Source: the human T2T-CHM13v2.0 reference genome, Homo sapiens. Taken from it: a DNA stretch of 64,000 nucleotides. The translations under genes and the position numbers were made by a program. The notes beneath the pieces were generated by a model. It ran no database searches and was not told the DNA's origin. It saw only the letters and a list, made by a program, of their open reading frames with translations. Shown here piece after piece: positions 50,510-64,000 of the stretch. The stretch is taken from the NCBI RefSeq assembly GCF_009914755.1, contig NC_060935.1; one strand, written 5' to 3'. Positions within the stretch are counted from its first letter, which is position 1. Each line of letters opens with the position of its first letter.

Positions 50510-52737
50510 CTTAGCAACTTGAGTCTGGAGATTTTTTTTTTAATCCTTTTTAGTTCAACATAAAATGAGAAAGAAAAAAATATTTCTGACATTTTCAAAG
50601 AACAGAAATAGGAAAGTATGTTCATATACATTCAACGTATACTGCACATATTGGTTACTACAATACAAAGCAATGAGTTTTTTTTAAAGTGTAGTTTGCA
50701 AGATGGCACGGTTAGTAGGCTCACTGGCTTTCATCTGTTGTTGCTGGAGGGTGCAGTCTGCTCTCCCATACATACAGTACCATGTAAACACATCAGGCTG
50801 AGCGCGTGGTGGTGGTAGGGCAGGTTGGGGGCATAAGAGTTGGAACAAGCGCAGATAAGTCAACAGCTTTTTAGGGCTTTCTTGGTAAGCCCCCTTCTGG
50901 TGAGTAGTTGGTGACCCCACCAAGTGGAGGGGAGACTGGGGACCATGGAAACATGGGACAGCTCCCACGAAGGGCTCTTGCACTGCAGAATTCCACTCAA
51001 GGGATCTTGGGTCCAGGAGCCGAGCTGCCAGTATCAGTGGAGAAGGACAAGGTGCATGGGGATCCCGCCAGCAACATCAGGATGGCCATGCCGGGCACCC
51101 GCTTTCCTCTGTGCAAATTCAGGATGAAAGACTAGGAGGGGACTCGGGACCTCTTGCTCTCCTTTCCCAGAAAAAAAAAGGGTGGAAGAGTCAGTGTATT
51201 CAAGGTCTCTCTCTTGTTTTGAAGATCAGAAGGAGATAACCCAGACCCTCTCTCAGCCCCAGCCAGCAGAGAAGACTTTGGTTTCTAACAATGAAGAGAA
51301 ATAAAGATAACACAAATAATAGCTACTGCGTATGCACTGCTTCAACTGGGGAAAGGAGACCACTGCATCTGTCACTGGCACAAGTAAGAGCTGTTCACAA
51401 TTACAATGCCTAAAGGAAATACTTTGAACAAAAGGTGCAAGTCACAATTCAAATAGAACAGAATCTGGTTAAACATTTCTCATTTAAACAAAAATTCCTT
51501 TTCTCTTTATTTATTAATAATGATAATAACAATAATATCAACATTTACCAAAAACAATTTCTACATGATCAAGAATTAAAATATAGGGGCTGAGGGTACC
51601 CAGTGGGGAAGAGGAGGTTAGGAGAGAGGCAGGGCCCAAGGCAACCTCCTACACTTCTTCCCTGTGACAAAGAGGCTGAAAGAGGAGAGCATATATATAT
51701 ATATTTTATATATATATTATATATATAATATATATATAATATATATATTATATATTATATATATAATATATATATACACATATATTATATTATATATATA
51801 CACACATATATAATATATATATGGAGAAACAATCCTTTTTATAGCACAATATAAAATGAGAATGAAAGATGCCATAGAAAGCATAGTGCACTGCTGTTGG
51901 GTGTTCAGTCCATGGATAAAACCAGCAGGATGATAAAGGCAACCAACTTTCCAGGTTACAAGAGGGGAGCTGAGTTATCCACCAAAAGCAAAGGCTCAAA
52001 TTGAGACATCCTAACTGGCAAACCATCTATGCCAGGTCATTCTCAGCCTCCGTGCCAAACTCTTCATATGATCTTGGCTAGGACAGACATGTTTTCCGTG
52101 GATCCCAGCAGTAAAGACCTCTCTGCGTTCCAGGCTTGGGGGTTTCTCTTTTTTTGTTCTTTTTGTTTTCTAAGTGCCAGAAGCCGTCACCCTTCCTCTC
52201 TCCCTTTGCCTGCCATTAGGATTCCAGAGGATGGCATCCTTTAGTATTTGCTTTCACAGAAGAGCAATGCAGGGGGATGGAGGGTGCTCTGCTGATGAAG
52301 GCTAGGGAGGGAGTGGCCCTGAGGCCGCTGGCCTCTGAACTCTAACTGCTTTGCTCTCCTGTTTCAAAAAAGGAACGAAAGAAAAAAAAGAAAGGAAGAA
52401 AAAAAAGAAAGTATATCACCTCTGGAAGAAAACATACCAAAAACAAAACAAAACACAAACCCCCAAACAAAACAAAAAACCACCAACTCAAATATACTTT
52501 CACAAAAGATGGAGAACATGGATTTCCTTCCTGTTTATTTCCTTGGTGACTTGGTCATACAAGCAAACATGGCAAAACCCTCTCAGAACCCAAAAGAACA
52601 GCACACGGATGAACCAAATGTGAGGAAAGCAGCTGTGATATTTTGGGTGGAGAGAAACACAAGGGCAATTTGGCACAACGCTGCTAGATACTGTGGGTTT
52701 ACAATCAACCTTTTCATTCCCAAGCTGTACACAAAAC
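50510..52737 (-). other. SIK3: SIK3 terminal 3'UTR exon (long form from 52737; short form from 51161)
   Basis: CTAAT branch point + pyrimidine tract + CAG| at 52738; second acceptor TTTTTTTTTCTGGGAAAG| at 51162; ATTAAA at 50544-50539; 3' end approximate. Confidence 0.75.
51691..51822. repeat. (TA)n-rich tract in the SIK3 long 3'UTR
   Basis: ~130 nt of interrupted TA repeats. Confidence 0.9.
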
Positions 52738-53503
52738 CTGGAATAAAGCAGACACAGAGGAGAATTAGTTTGAAAAGAGAAAGGCTCAAATATTCCATTT
52801 AAAACCTTTTAAAAAATGCAACGGGTTTACTTTCCCTCAGGTGTTCAGGTAGCTTGCCATACTGAGGCTCTGATGTGGATTTGCCAAGTGGCTTCCCTTT
52901 CATCAGGCCTCTTCTGTCAAGGATTTTCCAGATACAACCAATGGTGCCTGCTGTGTACTCTTTGCATTACTCCAGCCAAACAAGCCAATTTCCCCATTCT
53001 TTCTACCATGGGCCTCTCATCACACATTTCCCTAATCTGGAATATCCTGCCACTTGCTTCTGTATGGCCTTAAAAAATATGGCTGGACATATTTTCCTGC
53101 CAGGTTTTGTCTTTTAGGACTGAGTTTAAGGACTTCCTCCTTTCCTCATTATGCTGACCGGAGGTCACCTGCATCCTCTGGAGCCGTAGCTCACTTCTGT
53201 CGCTATGAAGGCTAGAGCACCTGTAACACACGGCGAGTCTTGTGTCTTATTCCCATAACCCAACCAAGAGACTGTGTTTAGCATTTCTTCTGCACACCCC
53301 CACCCCTACCTCGCGCCCTAAAACTAGCAGCGTCGTTAATGAAAAGCAAGAAACTGTGAAGGCCACGAGGGGAGGCGTGGTACTGTCGACTGCACTGGCC
53401 ACCACAACACATGGGCTGAAGCTCCTGATGGGATTGGGAGCAGGCACTGGGCCACAGGGCTGGTTTGGCTCTGGCCAGGGTGACACTCACTCTCTGTTTC
53501 TTG

Positions 53504-53661
53504 TTACACGCCTGCCTGCTCCATGCTGAAGGAGACTTCGGGGTGCTTGTAGCTGAGCAGAATGTCTGTAATACACGTAGATGGATAGCAAGAGGAGTTT
53601 AAATGCTGGCTGCCATCACTCAGGTCTGGGTGCTCATGACCTCCCAGGCTTGCCCCACATT
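53504..53661 (-). CDS. SIK3: SIK3 last coding exon (ECGASLGGHEHPDLSDGSQHLNSSCYPSTCITDILLSYKHPEVSFSMEQAGV*); exon continues to 53491
   Basis: ttgcag| acceptor; TAA at 53506-53504; GTGAGT donor 13 nt after the stop. Confidence 0.93.
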
Positions 53662-54583
53662 CTGCAAGACCAAAAAGAACGTATGAGGTTGGCAGGGAAC
53701 TGGGGGACTAGGAGAGCAAGGGGGAGAGAGAGGAGGAATTGAAGGCAACCTGTCGAGCATCCCACAGCCTGACTCCCAGCCCTGAATTCTAGCTCACAGC
53801 AGGCCCTCAAGGTGTTGAGTGACGATGGGCGGGGGCCAAGATTCTTCCTATATTCTCCTCTACCTGTTCTGCTTTTTTCCCTTTTCCTTTACCCTTTCCC
53901 ATCCTTAGGTAAGATCAACTACTGTAGTGTGAGAGAAGATAGAGGACTCCTTCAGAAAGGATCACCTCTTAAAGAGTGAAAGGGAGAATAATTTTACTGC
54001 CTGCAGGCACCCATTCCTGGGCACTGTCTGTCTTCCAGACACTGTGCTAAGCACTTGATACTCACTAAGCCAGCCAGCCCTCAGGGCACAATGTAGGATA
54101 AAGGCTCTATCGTTTTTGCCACTTTACAGATGAGGATCTCGGGGTCCAGAAAGCCAAGTGCCTCACCTGCAGAGCCTGAAAAGGACAGCCTTGGGACTGG
54201 TGGCAGACCTGCCCCGCCCAAGGCCTACGCCTATTATTTGTTATGACACCCTCCCTTGACTGGCTCCAAGAAGAGGTAGAAATGTGCCATTAGGACCTGA
54301 TGCCCTCTAAGCAGAACTGGAAAAAGTGATTGAAGGCATATCATCACAGAGATGAGAGACAGGAATGGGAGAGCCCTGTGCCATCTGGCCAGAAGCCACA
54401 CCTCCTTTACACACCCACACTCAGGGAAGACCAGTGGGGAAAGGGGCTGTGTCCAGAACCTGTGGGATGCTGTGGCTCTACCTCCCCATGAGCTCTTCCT
54501 ACGAAGAGAGGAGCAGTTACGGAAGATGGAGGGAGGCCCCTCCAGGAACTTCTCTGGAGTGCCCCATGCATAAGGCTCCTCAC

Positions 54584-54716
54584 CCTCATTTTCCCCATCC
54601 TGAAACTGCTGGCTGCCCATGAGCGAAGACTGACTGAGAACTGCATCCGACATCCGGGCAGAGCTAAGTGCTTTCCCAGCCACGAGACTCATTCCTGGCA
54701 AGTTATCCAGCTGTAC
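54584..54716 (-). CDS. SIK3: SIK3 coding exon (VQLDNLPGMSLVAGKALSSARMSDAVLSQSSLMGSQQFQDGENE)
   Basis: ctgcag| acceptor, |GTGAG donor; 133 nt. Confidence 0.93.
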
Positions 54717-55036
54717 CTGCAGAAAACAGTTAAGAGAAGAAATAAGCACACAAGACACCACTCTCAGGCAACCCCTAGAGACAGCTGGTCCTTCTGAAGG
54801 AGCCCAGGCAAAAGACAGCCCGGGGCCCCACTCCAGACTCCTTCCTCTAAAGCACCACCCAAAGGGGGTGCTCCACAGCGACAGTGTGGGAAGCTGCTTG
54901 GCTCTGCCCAGTGGGGGGGCTGAGGGTGGGGCGGATGTGGCAAATCTCAGCTGGTGGTGACATCTTGATACCTACATGGCCTTCTAAAACCAGGTTTCTG
55001 ACCTATCCCCATCTCCACTGGGACTTTGTCTTAGGA

Positions 55037-55585
<549 letters not shown>

Positions 55586-55842
55586 CTAGGAAAACAAAAC
55601 TTTGCTGAGGCCCACCAGCTCCCCTGATCTGAGTAAGCTCAATGTAGCTGCTGAAAAATAACCAGAAGCCTATGGGCTCATTTGCTGGGGCCTGAGTTTA
55701 GACTGAGAAGAGGTTTAATAACCAAAACTACAGGGAACAGATGGCAACTATTTCTGATTCTTTGGTCTAAAATTTGGAGCATAGATTCTACTTGAATTAA
55801 GGTTTGGTCTGTTAGGGTGACTCAAAGAAAATGCTCTTAAGG

Positions 55843-56090
55843 TAGGCGAATTGCCTGAGCTCAGGAATTCGAGACCAGCCTAGCCAACATGGTAAAACCC
55901 CATGCCTACTAAAAATACAAAAATTAGCCAGGTGTGGTGGCAGGCACCTGTAGTCCCAGCTACTCAGGAAGCTGAGGCACAAAAGTCACTTGAACTGGGG
56001 AGGTAGAAGTTGCAGTGAGCTGATATCGCGCCACTGTCCTCCCGCCTGGGCGACAGAGTGAGACTCCATCTCAAAAAAGAAAAAAAAAGA
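55843..56090 (+). mobile_element. 5'-truncated Alu
   Basis: Alu body; TSD-like AAGAAA(A)TGCTC. Confidence 0.9.
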
Positions 56091-56229
56091 AATGCTCCCC
56101 ACCGTTTCCAGAAAGGCTGAATGCTGACTGAGGAGAGCGGCCAAGAGAGGCTACCCCACATCACTATACTCTGTTTCAAGGCTGGGACTGGGAGGATCCA
56201 CCTCTGTGCAGCAGGTGGGACCAACATAC

Positions 56230-56393
56230 ATAAGCATCGTCGCTGTTCTGGATCGTGTGGTGTCTCTGGAGGGCCCGGGGCCTGTGGTGCTCATGGACGG
56301 AGGGGCGTGCTGGGTACCCGAGCCCATTGTGATCCGGCAGCTCCACTGCTTGTCCTGGAGAACTTCTATCCATGCAGTTCCCTATGACAGGCT
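56230..56393 (-). CDS. SIK3: SIK3 internal coding exon (EPVIGNCMDRSSPGQAVELPDHNGLGYPARPSVHEHHRPRALQRHHTIQNSDDAY)
   Basis: tcctcag| acceptor, |GTATGT donor; 164 nt; phase-compatible with the next exon. Confidence 0.93.
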
Positions 56394-56749
56394 CTGAGGA
56401 GACACAGCAGAATAGAGTCAGTGGGGCGGAACTTCTCCCAGCACTGGAAACTCCCATCCAAGAAATGTCTTGCAAGGGACAACGGGCAAGGCTGAGGAGA
56501 TCATGTACACCAACCGCTGATCCTCAGCCGGCGTCATGGCTTAGAGGAGCCTGGACCAGCCCTCCAAAAGACGAGCTGTAGGGGAGGGGACCACACCCTT
56601 AGGGAAAAAATTCCACGTAACAGGGCATGGCTGGACCCCACCGAACCTTCTCTTCTTTCATTTCTCTGTTGAATTAACAGTGATCTATTCCCAAACCTAA
56701 ATGCACATGAGAATTACTCTCGGAGCTTTCAGGACCCTCTAGCCCTAGA

Positions 56750-57845
56750 GGATGCATCTGTTCTGTGGCTGGCTGCGTCCTCTCTCCTCCCCCGGTGACC
56801 TCAGTGTACCACGCTGCTACTCTCCTCTTTCTACTTCTCTAACTGCTGCTTCTGACTCCTTTGATGGCCCCTCCACCCTTTCTAAGCAAGTACTCTCCAC
56901 ATTTTTGTCCTTGACCTTCTCTCTCCCCACACTTACTCTGGCAACATCATCTATTTTCATGGCTGTACTGCCTTTATGTAAAGAATTACTGAAGTGCTCC
57001 TTTAAGCCCCAGATCCATACTTCCAGCTACTTACTAGGTATCTTTCCCTGGATATCTAACCAGCATGTAACACTTACCATGTCCAATTCCAAACCCATCC
57101 ACTTCCCCCATAACCTGCTACTCCTTCAGACATTGTCGTTTTGATGCCTCATTTTCCAAATCTTCCAGGCATAAGCTCTTGGGGCCACTATTGATTCCTT
57201 ACTCCTGGTGCTGAATCTAACTGTGCAATGCTGGTCACTTCAGTCCCTTTGTTGCCAATCTCATGGAAACCTGATTACCTCTTGCCTGGATTATTATGCT
57301 AGCCTCATAACCAATCCCCTACTACTACCCTACAAAGACCAACCGTTCTGTAGTCCATTCACTTTCATTTTACAACACTGCCCTGGGCTATCTTCCAATC
57401 AGTGTCTCATATTCCCCTCTCCATACATTCTAAGCTCTAGTCAAATGGGACCACTTAACTGTTCCCCATCTATGCACAATTCTATGCATTTGCCCTCACT
57501 GTTCCTTCTATCTGCAAATAACTGATTCTTCTGCCTTCACTCCTGCCAATCCAAAGCAACTCATCATTCTACATCCATTATCATATGCTATTGTCTTTAT
57601 TAAACTTTTCCTTTCAAACAGAAATAGATCATCTCTTCCTTTAAACTTCAAAAGACTTTGTCTCTGATTGCTCTAACATTATCCTTGGTACCATGTTCAA
57701 TTATGTACTTAATCATTCACATTAGACTATAAATTCTTTGCAGGCAAGAACTATATCTCATGTATGTCTGTGAATCTTCAGTGTTCTAGAACATTGTCCT
57801 ATACCCAGTATTATGATCTCTTTCACTGATGTCAGTAAATGCTCT
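56750..57845 (+). mobile_element. L2 fragment in a SIK3 intron
   Basis: Pyrimidine-rich L2 body ending TAGACTATAAATTC..GGCAAGAAC..CAGTAAAT. Confidence 0.6.
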
Positions 57846-57848
57846 TTA

Positions 57849-58157
<309 letters not shown>

Positions 58158-61100
58158 TTACTATCCTGTCAGAGCATACCATTCTATGGACTAGAATTGG
58201 AGAGAAAAAGGAATGAGTATTTCTTCTTGATCAAGGATAGTCAAGAAGACTATCAAAGCCACACCTATGTTGACAGGATCCTCCTGGTAGCACTTTTGAC
58301 TTCAGTCTTTAAAAGCCTGGGACTTGAAAATAAGTTGTGTTTGCTTGGTTGGTTTTCTGAGTTAAAGCTTCTTGGAAACTACTGAGCTTATCTTGGATGA
58401 ACTGACTCTTGGTGGGACTAAGTTTAAAACAAAATCTCTTAATAGCAAACACAGCTGTAATGCTAACTGTGCCATTCCAATGATCTATTTAAATAATGAA
58501 AGTAAAGCATACTTCTTGAATGTTGGGTAAAGGATTTCAGGTCTCTGTATTTCAATGGTTTTCTATAATGATTAAGGTTAGGCTGGGACTTAGGGGCAGA
58601 GGCAGGATGGAAAGGGAGGGGAGCTAACTGACATGCCCATTGCTAGTAATGCAAGACATTCTGGAGAAAAATTAGAGGAGGGAGCTTCCCAGCTACCAAA
58701 GATGATGGCAAGTGAGAAATCTTTTGAAAGTTCTCTGAGCAAAGAGGTAAAAGGAACAGCCAGAAGCCAACTATTTTGCTACAGAAAGCTAAAAGCCAGC
58801 AGAGAGAAGATAAAAGAAAACCTACACCAGGACTTGCTCTGTGGGATTAGCCCGCCCGTCCTACCCACTCTGCCCAATTCCTCTCAGTGGGCACTGCTCG
58901 CATGTTGGCGCCAGGGCCAACCAAAAACCACTGGCAGGAAGTGGGGCAACATGGTTGTGTGGGAGTGAGGAAATGGTGATTCTGTCTGCTTTGCCAAGAA
59001 GCAATGCGAGCAGCCGCTTCTTACTTTTTCAAAAACCTATATTGTCTTCTTTGATAACTAACATCATCCACTCAATTCCTCGGGGTCCTTTTTTCCTTTA
59101 AGCCTGATTATATAGTTGGATGCAAATCTCATCAGTTGCATCTCTTTGCTCTCCGCAAGGACAAACATGAGCGCTCTCCTGTTTAAAGATTTTTAAAACA
59201 TCATTACTAACCATGAGGAAACAGCAAAGCTAACAAAATGTATATAGTCCTGGTTGGAGCCTTCCTGCCTCTTCTGGAGGCCTCAGTGTTTTGGTTTGTT
59301 TGCTGTGTCTTTTAAGGCTCTTTTCCTTCCCTCTCTCAGACTTGTTTTTATCCCTGAGAATGGGGCCTCTGCAAACCAAAACACCCACCCTCCTTTGGGC
59401 TCTGCCTTGTCTGCTGTCTTCCCCGCCTTCAGGTCTGATGCCTGTAGGCACCAAGACAGAGCAAGCAACCACCTGACAAATCATGTAGGGGGCCTTCCTG
59501 ACTCCCAGCCCAGAGCTCATCCCTCAGCCAAGCTGGAGTTGAGCACAAGGGTCATGAGCACAAGTTCTGGGGTCAGGAAGAGTTGGCCGTGAATCCTGGC
59601 TTAGCTGCTTCCTGAGGAGCAGGAGCTCGGGCAAGTTATCTTGCTTTGCTGGGTCTTAGTTATCTGTACAACTGGACTGACTCCATGGGTGTGGAGTGCT
59701 TCATAGAGGTTACTACACTGTAAAGGCTCAATAAAGTCTAGCATGATTTATATTCAGTTTAGAGATGTTATTTCTGAGTGCATAAGGACGTGCTGAGTCA
59801 GCTGACAAAAACAAACAAGGAAATTGATTTAATCACAGAACCCTGCTTGCAGAATTATGAGGGACAATATACCCATATGTAAATGAACAAATGACTCAGG
59901 GAAACTTTAATTTCCAGGAGAAGCCTCTGATTCAGGACAGACAAATGTCAGTTAAAAGCCAGATGAAAAAGAGTATTAATAGGAGTCAGGGGATACCCCA
60001 GGGCTCTGTCTGCTCAAGTTTCAGTATCATCAGTAGGTCAAAGACCTGGAAGGGCTAGCATCTTTCACTTGGCAGCTGTGCTTGGAGGGTGCAGAGTGGG
60101 CAAGGAGGCGTAAAGGAAAAAATACATGACCAGGGGATCAGAAAACTTGAAGTCAGGACCCAGCTCCCTCACCAGCAAAGTGTTGGCAAATCTTTCAGCT
60201 TCTCCTCAAGGTTCCTGATCTGAAAAATGACGGTTGTTTGGGGGCTCGAAAAGACAACACATGTGAAAGAGTCTTTAATCAACTGTAAAAGACCAAATAA
60301 GTCAAGTCTGATTTTTGGTAAGAATGCTGACCCTGAGTCTAGAAGTCCTTTGTGACACTCTATAAATAAGACCCTATCGACCATTTTGGGGGGTACAAAC
60401 AGACTAACCCACTGCCCAAGGAACATGACATTCAGGATCAAATCTTTGGCAACCCTTTATGCCAATTCAGCAGCTACCAAAGTCATGGAGGAAAGATGGT
60501 TCCCAAGAGCTACATGCTCGAATATTTATCAAACTAAAGCTAAGAGAGTGCAGAGGTGGGATGATCGTCCGATCACACAAGGGGAAAAGTGCACAAATGG
60601 ACACAATGCACGCCACCCACCTTCCCGGGGAACTTTGGGGCAACCTGCACAATTCTCTATTGAATCTGTCAATGTTGACTCGTCCTGACTCACTTACTGG
60701 GTTTTGAGAGAAAATGGGAGCAATAACGTGACTGCATACTCCCCTTAAAGGTTCTGGGGTAACCCCTCCCACTCTGTCAGCATTTTACTGCTCTATGAGG
60801 CCTGAGTAATAAAGCTGAGGCTGACTGAGCTCAGAGAAGAGGATGTGGTTTTCTTTGTGAGTTCCAGTTGGTAATCTCATGGTGTAGATTGGTTATGCTG
60901 CTGTGTTTATTTGCAAAGTCAAAAAGATCAAGTGTGTGTACCACTATAGAAGAAAGACAAACCTTGTTTTTCCTTCTAGGGTGGCAGGCAGGGAGATTAC
61001 GGACAGCATGGGGCATGTGAAATCCTGACACTTCTACAAATTGGGAAGAAACCTTTGGCATGCTGCCTGCTTAGTGCTCTCACAGTGCCTGGCCTCATAC

Positions 61101-61177
61101 TGGCTGGTGGCAAATCGCCATCAAGGAAATAGGTAACCATGGACACTGATATGATGGCATCTAATTTTCCTTTACTA

Positions 61178-61477
<300 letters not shown>

Positions 61478-61905
61478 TAACTAAATAACACCAACAATCC
61501 CTGTTCATCTACCCTTAAGAAATGCTAAGAAGATCACACTAGCTCTGCTCTTCTCAGTGATACTTCTTGCAGCACTCAGTACCTAGCACTTCATAGCAAA
61601 GCTGTTTATGAGCTTGTTTTACATCCCCTAGTAGAGTAGAAGCTCCCTGAGGACAGGTTATCCTTTCATCTCTGCATTCTCACAGCACCTACAGTAGAGT
61701 CTTGTGCAACACAGTTGAGATGGAGGGACCATTAAAAGAAACAGCAGGCATTCCTTCCTGGCAAAAAGGTTGAGAAGAGTGAGCTCCCCCACTTGCCTGC
61801 AGAGTGGTGGGGGCACAGCATTATAAGCCTTTCGTGACAGAAGTGAACAGCAAATTATCTGATGATTTTTTCAGTAAAGTAAAAATGTAAGCTCTGGAGT
61901 TTTTA

Positions 61906-62255
<350 letters not shown>

Positions 62256-63019
62256 TTAGAAAACCTCTGTCCTTAGCTTCTACTAATGCCTTCATGTACA
62301 CTGTACTTCAAACCAGCCAAGCCTGCTGCTGTCCTTGGAAAATTCCTTGAGACAGTCTCACCCATTGTTCTTTTCTCTTGCTTCTCCTCTAGATCCAAAT
62401 GGCAAACCTTCTTCATCCACCAGGACCCAACCCACAGGCTACTTATTGCTGGAAACCTACGTTGTTCCTTGGATTGAAGTAATCTCTCCCTCCTCTGGTG
62501 CGCCCACAGCACTTGCACCAACAGTGGGTACTCAACAGACTAGCGTGCCTGCCGAAGAAGGGGTCCTCTGACAATCAGGGGACAATGGGGAATTATGCTC
62601 TCCAGACTTTCTACACACACAAGTCACACAGGAAGGAAGGTAAAGAGAAACTAGAGAAAATAATTTTTGAAGAAAAACATTTCAGGAAGTATTGAAAGTA
62701 CACGGTAACTCAGCCTGGGGCAGGGGTGGAGGGCAGCAGCACTGTTTGCTGCAGCTATGCTCCTTCCTCAGTGCCCTGCACACCCGGGACTTGCTCGGTG
62801 AGCATCTCTCGTGTCAGTGACAGCTAGTGTGAGTACTCTTATGTTCAGCTGCCCCTGACTACCTCTTGACTTTGGGGACAAGTTACTTAATCTCTGTGCC
62901 TCCGCTGTTTCACTGGTAAATGGGAATAAGAGTTGGTTATTCTAGGGTTGTAGGGTTGTTGTAAGGATTAAATGAATCCGTATGTGAACAGCATTTGGTG
63001 CCTGGCACATGTGAGCTCA

Positions 63020-63416
<397 letters not shown>

Positions 63417-64000
63417 TTATCCCACCTCTGTTAGAAAGCTCCCAGGCTGCTAAGGCAGCCTGTTCTGGAGAGTTCTTATAAAGGTCTTCCACAGGGTGTT
63501 GAAATTTGCTGCAACTTCTATCTTGATCTTGGTTCTGCCCCATAATATGAACCCAGAAAAATCTAATCCCTTCTTCCATCTAACAAGCGTGATGTTTCTC
63601 TTAGTTTTTCCTCCCAATCCTAAACACCCTCAGGTCTGTTAACCATTCCACCTATGACCTGGTTCTGAAAGCTCCCACCCTCCTATGTCTACTAAGAATA
63701 CAGCAGCCACAGGTGAACACAGTACATCTCACTGGAGCCAATCTCTCAGCTGGATGACACCCATCTGTTCAAAAGGTCAGGATTGAATTGGCATTTCAGG
63801 CAACAATTCCCCCCTAAGAGCGCATAATGAGTACAACCTGGCACCACCAAGGCGTTTTCACAGACACCGCTTTACAGCAAGGCCTTCTCTACTGCTCTGT
63901 GCTGCAGGACCGAATTCCCCCTGGGGCTGAGTTTTCAGCACTGACTTTAAATGACAGGGCAGGAGATGCAGGTAGTTCCGGGGAGGGAAGGATGGAAGAA

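Overview
Human genomic DNA from the 11q23.3 apolipoprotein cluster. The window starts just upstream of APOA5, which itself lies outside on the left (recalled, not visible here). It contains complete APOA4 (- strand, 3 exons, 396 aa), APOC3 (+ strand, 4 exons, 99 aa) and APOA1 (- strand, 4 exons, 267 aa). It also holds the last three coding exons and the spliced 3'UTR of SIK3 (- strand). All coding exons were resolved by hand from GT/AG sites, and the three apolipoprotein CDSs sum to the expected lengths (1191, 300, 804 nt). The rest is Alu/L1/L2/MIR/MaLR/MER-rich DNA. The most striking non-genic structure is a 445-bp near-perfect AT-rich palindrome (19031-19475) matching PATRR11, the known t(11;22) breakpoint hotspot. 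The polymorphic 'APO' AluYa5 is present at 48871-49170. I found no wholly new gene system; this locus is heavily studied. Less obvious candidates are: a templated insertion at the left edge; a ~780-bp AT-rich VNTR apparently grown from an Alu target-site duplication; a latent 5'UTR intron in APOA4; three alternative 3'UTR acceptors in SIK3; and a cluster of CREBH-type CCACGT elements around APOA4. Nearly all ORFs in the supplied track are Alu, low-complexity or antisense artefacts. Repeat family names and boundaries are by eye, and rsIDs and literature links are from recall.
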